Source of the DNA: Ostreococcus lucimarinus
Lineage: Eukaryota
Assembly: GCA_000092065.1 (NCBI GenBank)
Contig: CP000582.1
Strand: one strand, 5' to 3'
DNA: 64,000 nucleotides
Within the stretch, counting starts at the first letter, position 1. The number at the start of each line of letters is the position of its first letter. Shown here piece by piece: positions 29,569 to 38,239 of this stretch. Made by a program: the position numbers and the translations under genes. The notes under the pieces are model-generated. The model was not told the DNA's origin. It saw nothing but the letters and a program-made list of their open reading frames with translations, and ran no database searches.

Positions 29569-31029
29569 ATGGACGCGCGCGCGCCGCGCGCGAGCCCGCG
29601 CGGGTTCGCGTCGCGCGGCGCGGCGTCGACGTCGACGTCGACGCGCGACGACGTCGACGCGCGGCGCGGCGGCGCGCGCGCGACGACGCGCGATGCGGTG
29701 GGCGATGACGGATTCGGGCTTCGTCGCGCGCGCGGGAAGCGCGCGCGCGGGACGCGCGCGGCGCTCGCGGCGTGCGCGGCGTGCGGGATTTTGATCGCGA
29801 GGGCGCGCGCGCGACGGGCGAGGCGCGCGCGGGCGGTCGAGCGCGCGAGGCGGGCGGGACGGGCGTTCGCGGAGGCGGCGGCGCGCGTCGACGCGGGCGA
29901 CGCGGAGGCGTTCGCGAGCGTCGCGCGGAGATTCGCGCGAGCGCTGCGCGAGGGGGAGGGTGATGCGGGCGCGCGCGAGTCGGAGGCGGCGTTCGAGCGC
30001 GCGGCGAGCGCGCGATGGGCCGCGCTGGCGAGAGACGTCGACGCCGCGGCGACGTCGACGGGAGACGAGACGAGAGACGCGGACGACGCGATCGTCGCTC
30101 GAGATCGAGTCGCGAGGCGTCGGCGTTCGCTTCATTTAGCGGCGGAGGAGCCCGAGGTTTCGTCGTCGTCGGCCGCGGTGACCACGTCGATGTGCGACGA
30201 GGACAGGGCGCTGCTTCGCGAGGAGTTGGAGCTTAGGAAGGCAGAGGTCGGGCTCAAACTCGTGGCGATGATTCAAAAGCAGACCAGCAACGCGTTGAAA
30301 GCGGAAGGGAACAAGCTCGCGGCGGACGGCGCGGCGGAAACAAAGGCGGAGCGAGAGGAAAGGCGCGCGGCGCGGGCGACGGCGACGTTTCACGGCGCCA
30401 CGTGCGACGCGCTCGCCGTGGGACTCGTCACGACGTGCGCGATGATGCTCTCGCTCGGCAGACGCGAGGTGGTGTATCGTTTCGGCCAGCTCACGACGAT
30501 TTGCGGTGGTTCGATGACGTCGTCATCATCGTTCGTCGGCGTCGTCGTCGCGCCCTTCGAGACGTACGCCTACGTCAAGTGCGTCGCGAACGAGGGCGCG
30601 CGCGCCGCGATCGGTTTCTTCGCCATCGCGGCGGTCGCGCTCTTGCTCACCAAGCTCGAAGTATCGCGTCGCTTCGCCGCCGCACCGATGTTCGTGTTGG
30701 CCCTCGTTCTCGGCGTCGGCGTCGGCGCCGTCGGCGTCGCCGCCGTGCGCGCGCTCGGCGGCGACCCCACCCTCTGGCTTCTCGCCTGGCGCCTTTACCT
30801 CACCTCCATCGCCTGCGTCACCGTTTCCGCCCCCGCGTTCGCGCGTTCCATCGTCGATCGCGCCCCTCGCGTGTGGGCCTACTACGCCGTCTTCGGCGTC
30901 CTCCTCCCCGCGCTCGTCGCCGCGAGCGCCTTCGCCGCCGCCGACGCCGAGTCCCTCCGCGCCGTCCTCGCGCGCGCCCTCTTCGGCGCCTCGTCCCCGC
31001 GCGCCTCTTCGCCCGTGTATTTCGTGTGA
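29569..31029 (+). CDS. Hypothetical membrane protein with a coiled-coil region and multiple C-terminal TM helices.
   Basis: 486 aa from the ATG at 29569. A charged coiled-coil-like central region (EELELRKAEVGLKLVAMIQKQTSNALKAEGNKL) is followed by 4-5 hydrophobic helices (AIGFFAIAAVALLLT, MFVLALVLGVGVGAVGVAAV, LWLLAWRLYLTSIACVTV, YYAVFGVLLPALVAASAFAAA). No family recognised. Confidence 0.4.
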   Translation: MDARAPRASPRGFASRGAASTSTSTRDDVDARRGGARATTRDAVGDDGFGLRRARGKRARGTRAALAACAACGILIARARARRARRARAVERARRAGRAFAEAAARVDAGDAEAFASVARRFARALREGEGDAGARESEAAFERAASARWAALARDVDAAATSTGDETRDADDAIVARDRVARRRRSLHLAAEEPEVSSSSAAVTTSMCDEDRALLREELELRKAEVGLKLVAMIQKQTSNALKAEGNKLAADGAAETKAEREERRAARATATFHGATCDALAVGLVTTCAMMLSLGRREVVYRFGQLTTICGGSMTSSSSFVGVVVAPFETYAYVKCVANEGARAAIGFFAIAAVALLLTKLEVSRRFAAAPMFVLALVLGVGVGAVGVAAVRALGGDPTLWLLAWRLYLTSIACVTVSAPAFARSIVDRAPRVWAYYAVFGVLLPALVAASAFAAADAESLRAVLARALFGASSPRASSPVYFV

Positions 31030-31226
31030 TGTCCACGCGATCGCTCGCCGCCGCGTTATTTCTCAGCATTATCATCGCGCGATGATGTTCGTATTCACCT
31101 TAGAGAATTCATCACATTTTTAGAGAATTCAAAACGCGCGCGACAGGTGTCGTCTCTCGCGCGTCGATTCGCGCCTCGCCGCACATCCCACCGCGCGCGG
31201 ACGCGCGAGCGCACGAGCGCGAAGCC

Positions 31227-34200
31227 ATGCTCGCGCGCGATGCGCCGCGCGACGCGTCCGCGCGCGCGCTCGCCAACGCGCGACGCAAACTCTCGTCGAA
31301 CATTCGTGACGTTCGTAAACGCGCGCTTCGAGCGCTCGTTCTCGCCAACGTCGCCGGCGCGTGCGCGCCCGCGGCGACGGCGCGCGATCCAGAGGTGTTG
31401 AGAGCGGTCCTGGAGCTGTACGATCGCGTCGATGACGCGCACGACGAACGCGGGGCGGCGGCGCGCGCGGAGGCGCTGGACGCGAGCGCGGCGACGAGCT
31501 GCGCGGAGTGGTCGCCGGCGACGTTTCTGTCGTGGTTGTGCGCGAAGGAGCCCATGGCGAGAGTGTGGTTGAGAGAGATCGGGGCGGTGGAGTACATGGA
31601 GGCGGTGGTGCGGGAGAGCGGGAGGGATCAAAAGGCGCTCGCGCGGTTGCGCGCGGCGGTTGAAATTCCGAGCTCGAGCGCGGGCGAACTCGGGGAGGAG
31701 GATCAGGACGATTTCGGGAGGTACGACGCAGTACAAGATGCACGGGTTCGGCGCGCGCGAGAGAGCACTCATGGGGATGCTTCGACGTCGACGTCGACGT
31801 CGACGAAGGTGGGCTCGGCGGCGCGCGTTTCGTTCGCGGTGGACGCTCGCAACGTCGCGAGCGCCGAGGGCGACGCGGGATTTTCGTTACCGTACGTCAA
31901 CGTGAACGAGACTGATGCACAGTATTTGTACGTGTTGACAACACACCTGGACACGTGCACGCATCACGCGCTGGCGCTCGGTGGTCTTCGAGAACTAGGA
32001 CGCGCGTTGTCGGATTTGCCCGTCGAGGCGGTGGTGCAACATGCGTCGCGCGCGCTCGAACGCGTCTGCGAACTTCTCTCGGCGTCTGAGCCACGACTGT
32101 GCACTCTGGAGACTCGACGAGAGGCGTTGAGCGTCGTTAGGCAGTGCGCGCAGGCGCTGCACAGAGAGTTGATTGACGTTTCTCGAGAGTGCTTGCTGAC
32201 GGTGGATGGGACGCCCGTCAGAGCGACGGGAAAAGTGGCGCGCCCGCAGTCGCCGAACTCACCGATCGCCGAAAACTTTCCACCGAGCGAGCGAGGGCAC
32301 GGATATGGCGCGTCTCGAGGAGCACCGACGCGCGTACTTCCGATCGCGCACGCGTTTATGCTACACGTGATTCCCGCAGTGTGCGATCCTGCTCTTCGAG
32401 CGAGCGCTATCCGAGCGGTGCGCCTTCTGTTGCCGCTCGTTCAAATCGACCCTACGAACAAGGATGCTCAGCCACACGGCGATGCGTTGATGCGTCTCGG
32501 GCAGTATCTCGATTTGTGGGAGTCGTCGTTGGCGACGATTGAGTTTGAATCGGGCGCCGCAAGCGAGTATCTCACGTGCGTTCAAGTAAGCGCGGAAGTA
32601 GCTGCAGTGGCGAGCGGTGCACCGATCCGAGGTGCTGGTGCGGCGCACAAGAGACTGTCCTCACGCTGGTACGATGTCTGCGTCGACGAAGTCATCGCCG
32701 CGGCGAATCCGTTGGCTCGGCAATACTGTGCGCAAGCGCTCGTGCACATATGCCCAACGCTTTCTCTTGATATTTCACTCGTGCGAGACGCAGACCAGTG
32801 TCTGCGCATCGCGATGTCGGCGGCGGTTTCTGGTTTAGACGCTAAATCATTCGCACGTATCGTCAGCAAGGCGACACCGGCTTTGAGTATCATGGGCGCG
32901 ACTGATAATGTGACGCCGTTTTGCTCAAGCATGACCGCGAAGCTCGTCGCACTCGCCTCTACGAGCGAATCAGCAGACGATCTCGATGAGGTTGTCAGCG
33001 CGATGCTTGCATTACTGTCACATGGCATCGATGACGTTCGGACGTCTGCTTACGCCACACTCGCTACAGCAAGCTCGCCGCACACCGCGGCGAGAGCCAT
33101 TCTCGAGCACTCTACGATCATCGGAGAACTCATCGTCGGCGGTTTGAACCATTCGTCCACCGTTCGGAATGCGGCTTTGTGCTTGGAATCATTATGCAAT
33201 TCGACCTTGAATCGGCGCGCAGTCGCGACCCAGGTTTCGCTCTACTCCGCCTGGATTGAAGCTCTCATCGACGATGCAGACGCTGGACATGCGGCGAGAG
33301 AAGCGCAAAAGATGATTCAAGAAGCGAACGTAGGCGGACGATTAAGCAAACTTGCGCCTCTATTGCGCGGGTTGTTTCACGAAAGCGAGAAAGTTCGTGT
33401 GCGGAGTGCGACCGATTTAGCGTACGGTATAGCGCACGGACTCAGCTCGGCAGCGCAAGTTCTCCTGGCGTCTCACGACGATCCTTTCGATTCTGTCTTA
33501 CTCACGGATGACGAGTACGTGCGTCAAGAAGACGCGGACTCGCGCGTTGTGGCGTTCAAAGAGAGTCTGCGGTTGAGAACGTTTGACGATGTGCGCGCTT
33601 GTTTGAGACGTTTCATCTTCGATGACGCGAAACACCGTGACCAGCTCCTTGCCGAGCTAGAAATCATGATGAGAGACGAGAGACTCGCGACTGTTCTCGC
33701 CGACCCGAGTTTGCTCGAGTCATTGATAAAGTTAACGCTCGATCAGGGTTCGCATGTGAACGTCGTGGCCGGCGCGCTGCGAATTCTTGCTGCTGCGATC
33801 GGGGCATCGACTCTGGTTCGCGATATTTTGAGCCGCGAAGATGGGCGAGGTGGAAGAGTCACGCAATTGCTCGGACTCGTGTTCCATCCTCAGCGTCGGA
33901 TTCGGGAGGCGATGGCGTCGCTTCTCGCGTACTTTCTGTTTTCCCCTGTCTGTGAGACCGTCACGGCGCGCGTGGGTGCGGTAAAAACGCCCGATTTGAG
34001 CCTTCCAAAGCTTTTCCTGGAGACCTACAGGTTTCCTCAGTTCGTTCCCGAGCTCGAGAGCCCGCCGGCGGTTGGCGATACCGATCCATTGATGACGGAT
34101 GTTGTCGACCGAAATCGAGTTTTGTACATGTTTAAGCGTCGTCAAACACTCATGTACACGTACGACGCGGTCGACGACGATGAATCTGCGCTCCTCGCGT

Positions 34201-37200
34201 TTGCGCTGGATGAAGAGGCAGAAACAGAAAGTGGCGAGCTGCGCGTGATGCGCGACGCCGCTCGAATTTCTTGCGCGCCGGTCGTCATTGGAAATCTAGT
34301 CAGTGCCCTTGGTGAAGCTCAATCGTACGAAGAAGCGATGAGAATCGTCGACGCTTTGATGACAAACGTCCAATCCACTCGTTTAAACGCCATGGCTTTT
34401 TTAGCATCTCTAGGACGATGGGACGAAACGAGTGAGCGATTCATTCGGCGCCCGCCGCGGTCGACTACTGACATTTCATTATGGGTTGGGATGGCTGAAG
34501 TTCTTACATCGTGCTTAGAGTCATTCATGCGCGTGGAAGATAGTATTCTCCCTCCTTTGGCGATGAAAAAAATGATCGAAGTCGTCCATGACGTCATAGT
34601 TCCGCTCGCGAGTGCAGGCGCGGCGCTGAGCGTCAGCTGCGACGGTGATATGTTACGCGACCCACCAGTGCTTAGACATCCTATCGCGGCTGGTAAAGCA
34701 CTCGGTGACGATGGTGGCGCTTTTTGCGCGGCGCGCGCAGACGCTGTACGTGCGGCGATGAGCTTGCTTGCGAACGTGTACGAAGCAGCGAGGAGATTTA
34801 GAATTTATGCGGTACCCGACGTTGACGCGGAAGCCGTGGTGGCAGAACTTCTCGATATCGATTGCGTCGGCGTGGTGACAAACACGTTAGTCGGAGAGCC
34901 AAGTTGCGACTACACGGCTAGGTGTGTCGCCATCGATGCCGTGAATGCGGCGCTGCGTCTCGGAGGGGTTCCATCCGAAGACATCTTCAACCTGGTTCAG
35001 TCGATGTTAACGAGGGTGTATCCGTCATACTCGTCCTCGGATCATCGCGGCTCTGTACTCATGAACAAGGCGACGCGTGTTTTACTGCTCATTATGGACA
35101 GTTCTAGATCTGATAAATGGGCCGACGGTTTCTATGAAATCGACGACTTGGTTTGGTTGAGTGACATGCTTGTCGATGCGTCTTCTCGCGCACGTGAGAG
35201 GGCATGGCAAATCGTAGCGGCATCCGTAGGACCAAGCTCTCCAATCGCGGACGTTATCGCCGCCAAATTCCCTGACATCTTCGAGCGTGCAACGGCATGT
35301 GCACTTGACAAAGAAGAGGCGGCGGTGACGCGCGCCGCAGCGTTCCGATGCGTCGCCGCGCTCATCGCGGGAAGCTTTGCGCAGGAAGTTTCACTGGAAA
35401 TTCCAGACGACGGCTTCTATTCGGGGGAGAAGTCCTCCGTGCCGTTCCCATCGATCCCGATGCTCGCCGCAAAGGACGTGTGGCGAGACTTTGCCAGAGT
35501 ACTTATGGATGATGTGAGTGGTGACGATGAACGTGTTGCTGTTTTGCATCGCGGCGCCTCTTCAGCGCTGCTCGCCGCCGCGCGCGTCGACGCGCTCGGC
35601 ATCGCTGAAGCGTTTGACTTTAATCCCAGTCATGAGACGGATGGCACGATGTGGCACGGTACTTTCGCAGTCTTGCGAAGGACCAAGTTTGTCGGCTACG
35701 GTTCCACCGATGCGGCCGCGGCTGCATCGAATGTAGCCGCTCTGTTAGGCGTCATGGTCGTCGCCGGTGTGACGAGCTTTGACGTCAAACTCGCAGCGTC
35801 GGCGTTATACGATTGCCTGCGTAACGCTTCGCGCACCTTGCGCTCTGGCGGCGGTGGTGCAGCTGCCCGAGCGGCGTCCAGATGTGCCGAGGCGCTCGCA
35901 ACTGTATTACAAGCCCACTCGCACGGCGATGAAGACGTGTTCCCGTCTCACGGCGTCGCGGCGATGTGCGCAGAAATTCTCGCCAACGCGGTCGGGCCGA
36001 GTGCGAGTCCAGAATGCATCAAAGCTTCCGTTGGCGCGTGTCTGCTTACATCCACAGTATTCCGATCGAAATCGACCTCCGAGCGCGCCATCGATGGCGC
36101 TTTTGAACACGTTGGAGCGTCGATATTACAATCACTACTTGTCCTGTGGCACTTCCGCTTGCTCGGTAACTCAACGCAACAACGCTCGGTCCCGACAATG
36201 TCTATCATTATCAGCGCCACGCGGAACGTGCTCGCGCACGACGTCAGCGCAAAAGCCGCGGCTTGTGAGTGGGGTCTAGTAAGCAGTTTAGTTCAGACGA
36301 CCGTCGCGGCGGTGCGACGTTCAATGAGTCCGGATGGATCGTTCAAGAGCGTGCCCACCGCCATGGACGTCTACGTCGCTTCCTCGGCGATGAGGGCGAA
36401 TCGTAGGGATGCCCTCGCTGCCGCCATGGAATTCGGACTCGATGCCGATGGGAAAGAACTACCATCAACCGTCGCCCTCGGATCCCTCACGTGCTTGCGA
36501 CATATGATGTACTCTTTTCCGACGAGCACAAGCGACGACGCTTGGCTAGAGGAAATCGTCAACGAAATCCGCGAAAACGCCGTGGATTCGGGCATCGTGG
36601 ACATGTTCCGGACGACTTGGCCGTACGCAACGCTCGATCAGACGGTGATGTACGAGTTACTGTCCCTCGTGGTGAACTTTGTCGCCAAATGTCCGAACTC
36701 GAAACGGGCAATCACCGCCGTCGGCGCCGGCGAGGATGGCGAACAACCCAAATCCTTCGCGCAACGTTTGATGGATCACGCTTTTGACTCCAAGCACGCC
36801 CCTGGGTCTTCGAGTCTATGCTTGACGTTGAAGGCGTTGTCGTCGCTTGCCACGGTCGAAGGGCCGGCGCGTTATTGGCTCATCCGCTCGTCTTTCGTAG
36901 ACGACGTCGCGCTGACGCTCGCGCACGCGTTGACCAAGGTACGCGCATATGACAGCGACGCCAACGACGTCCCGCGCGCGCGCTGGATGACGACCGTGAC
37001 CGCGTGCGTCCGTGCACTGTGCAACGTAGCGTCGTTCGGCGATGGTCAGCGTGCTGTTTTGCGCGCTAACGCTGGAGCACACGTTTTCGAGCTTTGTCTG
37101 GAAGTCGTCGCCGCCGCCGCGGACCCTAACGACGACGCCCGTCGTGAGACGTTTCTGCTCATGCACAACCTCGCCTTCCACCCAGACGCAAAGTCGCATT

Positions 37201-37496
37201 ACGCCGCGAATGAAGTCGCCATCGATTGTCTAGTTCAAGGCGTGCGCGACGAAGATTTACAGTGCGCGTCTGCGTCCTGTGGCGCGCTCTTCGCGCTCAC
37301 GCGAAACGGACAGCGCGTCTGCGCCCTGCTCCGCGAGCGCGGTCGCGATCGCGCTTTGCGCGCTGCTTCCAAGTCTCACGCCGCGAAAACGCCGAACGAC
37401 CCGCGCTCCAAGCACTGGTCCCGATGTCTCCGAGGCATCTTGCTCGTGCTCAGCGCCAACGAAAAAGTCGACGCGTACGACGGCGCGCTTCGATAG
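31227..37496 (+). CDS. Very large (2089 aa) ARM/HEAT-type helical-repeat protein, possibly a rotatin (RTTN) homologue.
   Basis: A single uninterrupted ORF with ATG at 31227. The N-terminus (RRKLSSNIRDVRKRALRALV ... WLREIGAVEYMEAVV) parallels the rotatin N-terminal domain (KLGHPLVEIRERALKSIL ... VDVGAVEFL). The rest is leucine/alanine-rich helical repeats without catalytic motifs. Confidence 0.45.
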   Translation: MLARDAPRDASARALANARRKLSSNIRDVRKRALRALVLANVAGACAPAATARDPEVLRAVLELYDRVDDAHDERGAAARAEALDASAATSCAEWSPATFLSWLCAKEPMARVWLREIGAVEYMEAVVRESGRDQKALARLRAAVEIPSSSAGELGEEDQDDFGRYDAVQDARVRRARESTHGDASTSTSTSTKVGSAARVSFAVDARNVASAEGDAGFSLPYVNVNETDAQYLYVLTTHLDTCTHHALALGGLRELGRALSDLPVEAVVQHASRALERVCELLSASEPRLCTLETRREALSVVRQCAQALHRELIDVSRECLLTVDGTPVRATGKVARPQSPNSPIAENFPPSERGHGYGASRGAPTRVLPIAHAFMLHVIPAVCDPALRASAIRAVRLLLPLVQIDPTNKDAQPHGDALMRLGQYLDLWESSLATIEFESGAASEYLTCVQVSAEVAAVASGAPIRGAGAAHKRLSSRWYDVCVDEVIAAANPLARQYCAQALVHICPTLSLDISLVRDADQCLRIAMSAAVSGLDAKSFARIVSKATPALSIMGATDNVTPFCSSMTAKLVALASTSESADDLDEVVSAMLALLSHGIDDVRTSAYATLATASSPHTAARAILEHSTIIGELIVGGLNHSSTVRNAALCLESLCNSTLNRRAVATQVSLYSAWIEALIDDADAGHAAREAQKMIQEANVGGRLSKLAPLLRGLFHESEKVRVRSATDLAYGIAHGLSSAAQVLLASHDDPFDSVLLTDDEYVRQEDADSRVVAFKESLRLRTFDDVRACLRRFIFDDAKHRDQLLAELEIMMRDERLATVLADPSLLESLIKLTLDQGSHVNVVAGALRILAAAIGASTLVRDILSREDGRGGRVTQLLGLVFHPQRRIREAMASLLAYFLFSPVCETVTARVGAVKTPDLSLPKLFLETYRFPQFVPELESPPAVGDTDPLMTDVVDRNRVLYMFKRRQTLMYTYDAVDDDESALLAFALDEEAETESGELRVMRDAARISCAPVVIGNLVSALGEAQSYEEAMRIVDALMTNVQSTRLNAMAFLASLGRWDETSERFIRRPPRSTTDISLWVGMAEVLTSCLESFMRVEDSILPPLAMKKMIEVVHDVIVPLASAGAALSVSCDGDMLRDPPVLRHPIAAGKALGDDGGAFCAARADAVRAAMSLLANVYEAARRFRIYAVPDVDAEAVVAELLDIDCVGVVTNTLVGEPSCDYTARCVAIDAVNAALRLGGVPSEDIFNLVQSMLTRVYPSYSSSDHRGSVLMNKATRVLLLIMDSSRSDKWADGFYEIDDLVWLSDMLVDASSRARERAWQIVAASVGPSSPIADVIAAKFPDIFERATACALDKEEAAVTRAAAFRCVAALIAGSFAQEVSLEIPDDGFYSGEKSSVPFPSIPMLAAKDVWRDFARVLMDDVSGDDERVAVLHRGASSALLAAARVDALGIAEAFDFNPSHETDGTMWHGTFAVLRRTKFVGYGSTDAAAAASNVAALLGVMVVAGVTSFDVKLAASALYDCLRNASRTLRSGGGGAAARAASRCAEALATVLQAHSHGDEDVFPSHGVAAMCAEILANAVGPSASPECIKASVGACLLTSTVFRSKSTSERAIDGAFEHVGASILQSLLVLWHFRLLGNSTQQRSVPTMSIIISATRNVLAHDVSAKAAACEWGLVSSLVQTTVAAVRRSMSPDGSFKSVPTAMDVYVASSAMRANRRDALAAAMEFGLDADGKELPSTVALGSLTCLRHMMYSFPTSTSDDAWLEEIVNEIRENAVDSGIVDMFRTTWPYATLDQTVMYELLSLVVNFVAKCPNSKRAITAVGAGEDGEQPKSFAQRLMDHAFDSKHAPGSSSLCLTLKALSSLATVEGPARYWLIRSSFVDDVALTLAHALTKVRAYDSDANDVPRARWMTTVTACVRALCNVASFGDGQRAVLRANAGAHVFELCLEVVAAAADPNDDARRETFLLMHNLAFHPDAKSHYAANEVAIDCLVQGVRDEDLQCASASCGALFALTRNGQRVCALLRERGRDRALRAASKSHAAKTPNDPRSKHWSRCLRGILLVLSANEKVDAYDGALR

Positions 37497-37574
37497 GGTC
37501 GTCGACGACAAATTTCCCGTATCTATTATTAATTAACATCGCACCCCCTCCGCGCGCGAGCCCTCCCTTCGAAA

Positions 37575-38111
37575 CTACGACTCCGAGCTCCCTCCCCCGA
37601 ACACCTCCAAAAACGTCTTCCCCGTCGCCTCCCGACTCGTCCTCGCCGCGACCTCGCTCGCCGCGTCCGCCGGCCCTCGTCCCGTCGCCCGCACCGTCCT
37701 CCGCCCCATCGCCTCCCCCGGCATCGGTATCACGCTCCCGCTCGCCAGTCGCCCCCTCGACACCCGCACCTTCGTTCCGTCGTCCAAAAACATCCGCGTC
37801 ACTCGCACCGGGTGTCCATTCGCCGGATCCGCGAGCGCCACGCTCGAGTACCGCAGCGCCGCCTCCCTCGCGACGATCTGCCCCGGCGTCTCCCCGTCCC
37901 CCCTCGCGTGCTTCTTCACCAGATTCACCCCCGTGACGTACACCAACGACCTCTCTCGGTCCACCTCGCGCACGACGCCCGTCTGCCCCCGATCGCGCCC
38001 GCGCGTGACGACGACGCGATCGCCGCGGTAGATGTTCCACGACGAATCCGCGATCGCGTTTCTCGCCAGTCGCTTGAGCTTGTGCGCCGCCTTGCGGAAC
38101 GGTTGCGACAT
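37575..38111 (-). CDS. RPL24: Organellar (bacterial-type) ribosomal protein uL24 (KOW domain).
   Basis: WNIYRGDRVVVTRGRDRGQTGVVREVDRERSLVYVTGVNLVKKH is the uL24 KOW core. The C-terminal extension is Ala/Gly-rich. ATG at 38111. Confidence 0.8.
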   Translation of the reverse strand: MSQPFRKAAHKLKRLARNAIADSSWNIYRGDRVVVTRGRDRGQTGVVREVDRERSLVYVTGVNLVKKHARGDGETPGQIVAREAALRYSSVALADPANGHPVRVTRMFLDDGTKVRVSRGRLASGSVIPMPGEAMGRRTVRATGRGPADAASEVAARTSREATGKTFLEVFGGGSSES

Positions 38112-38239
38112 GGCGCGTTGGCGCCGCGCGTTCGCGGTCGCGACGGCGCGACGCGCGGCGTCGGCGACGATTCGCGCGCGCGATTGTGCGGCGCCGACGC
38201 GCGGCGTCGGGAATTCGCCAGAGCGCGACGCGTCGCGCG

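Noticed and set aside
29479-31743. Minus ORFs 29479..30135, 31095..31772 and 31129..31743, and plus ORF 30402..31085
   Set aside because: Arg/Ala/Pro-rich out-of-frame readings over real genes (the membrane protein and the rotatin-like 5' region).
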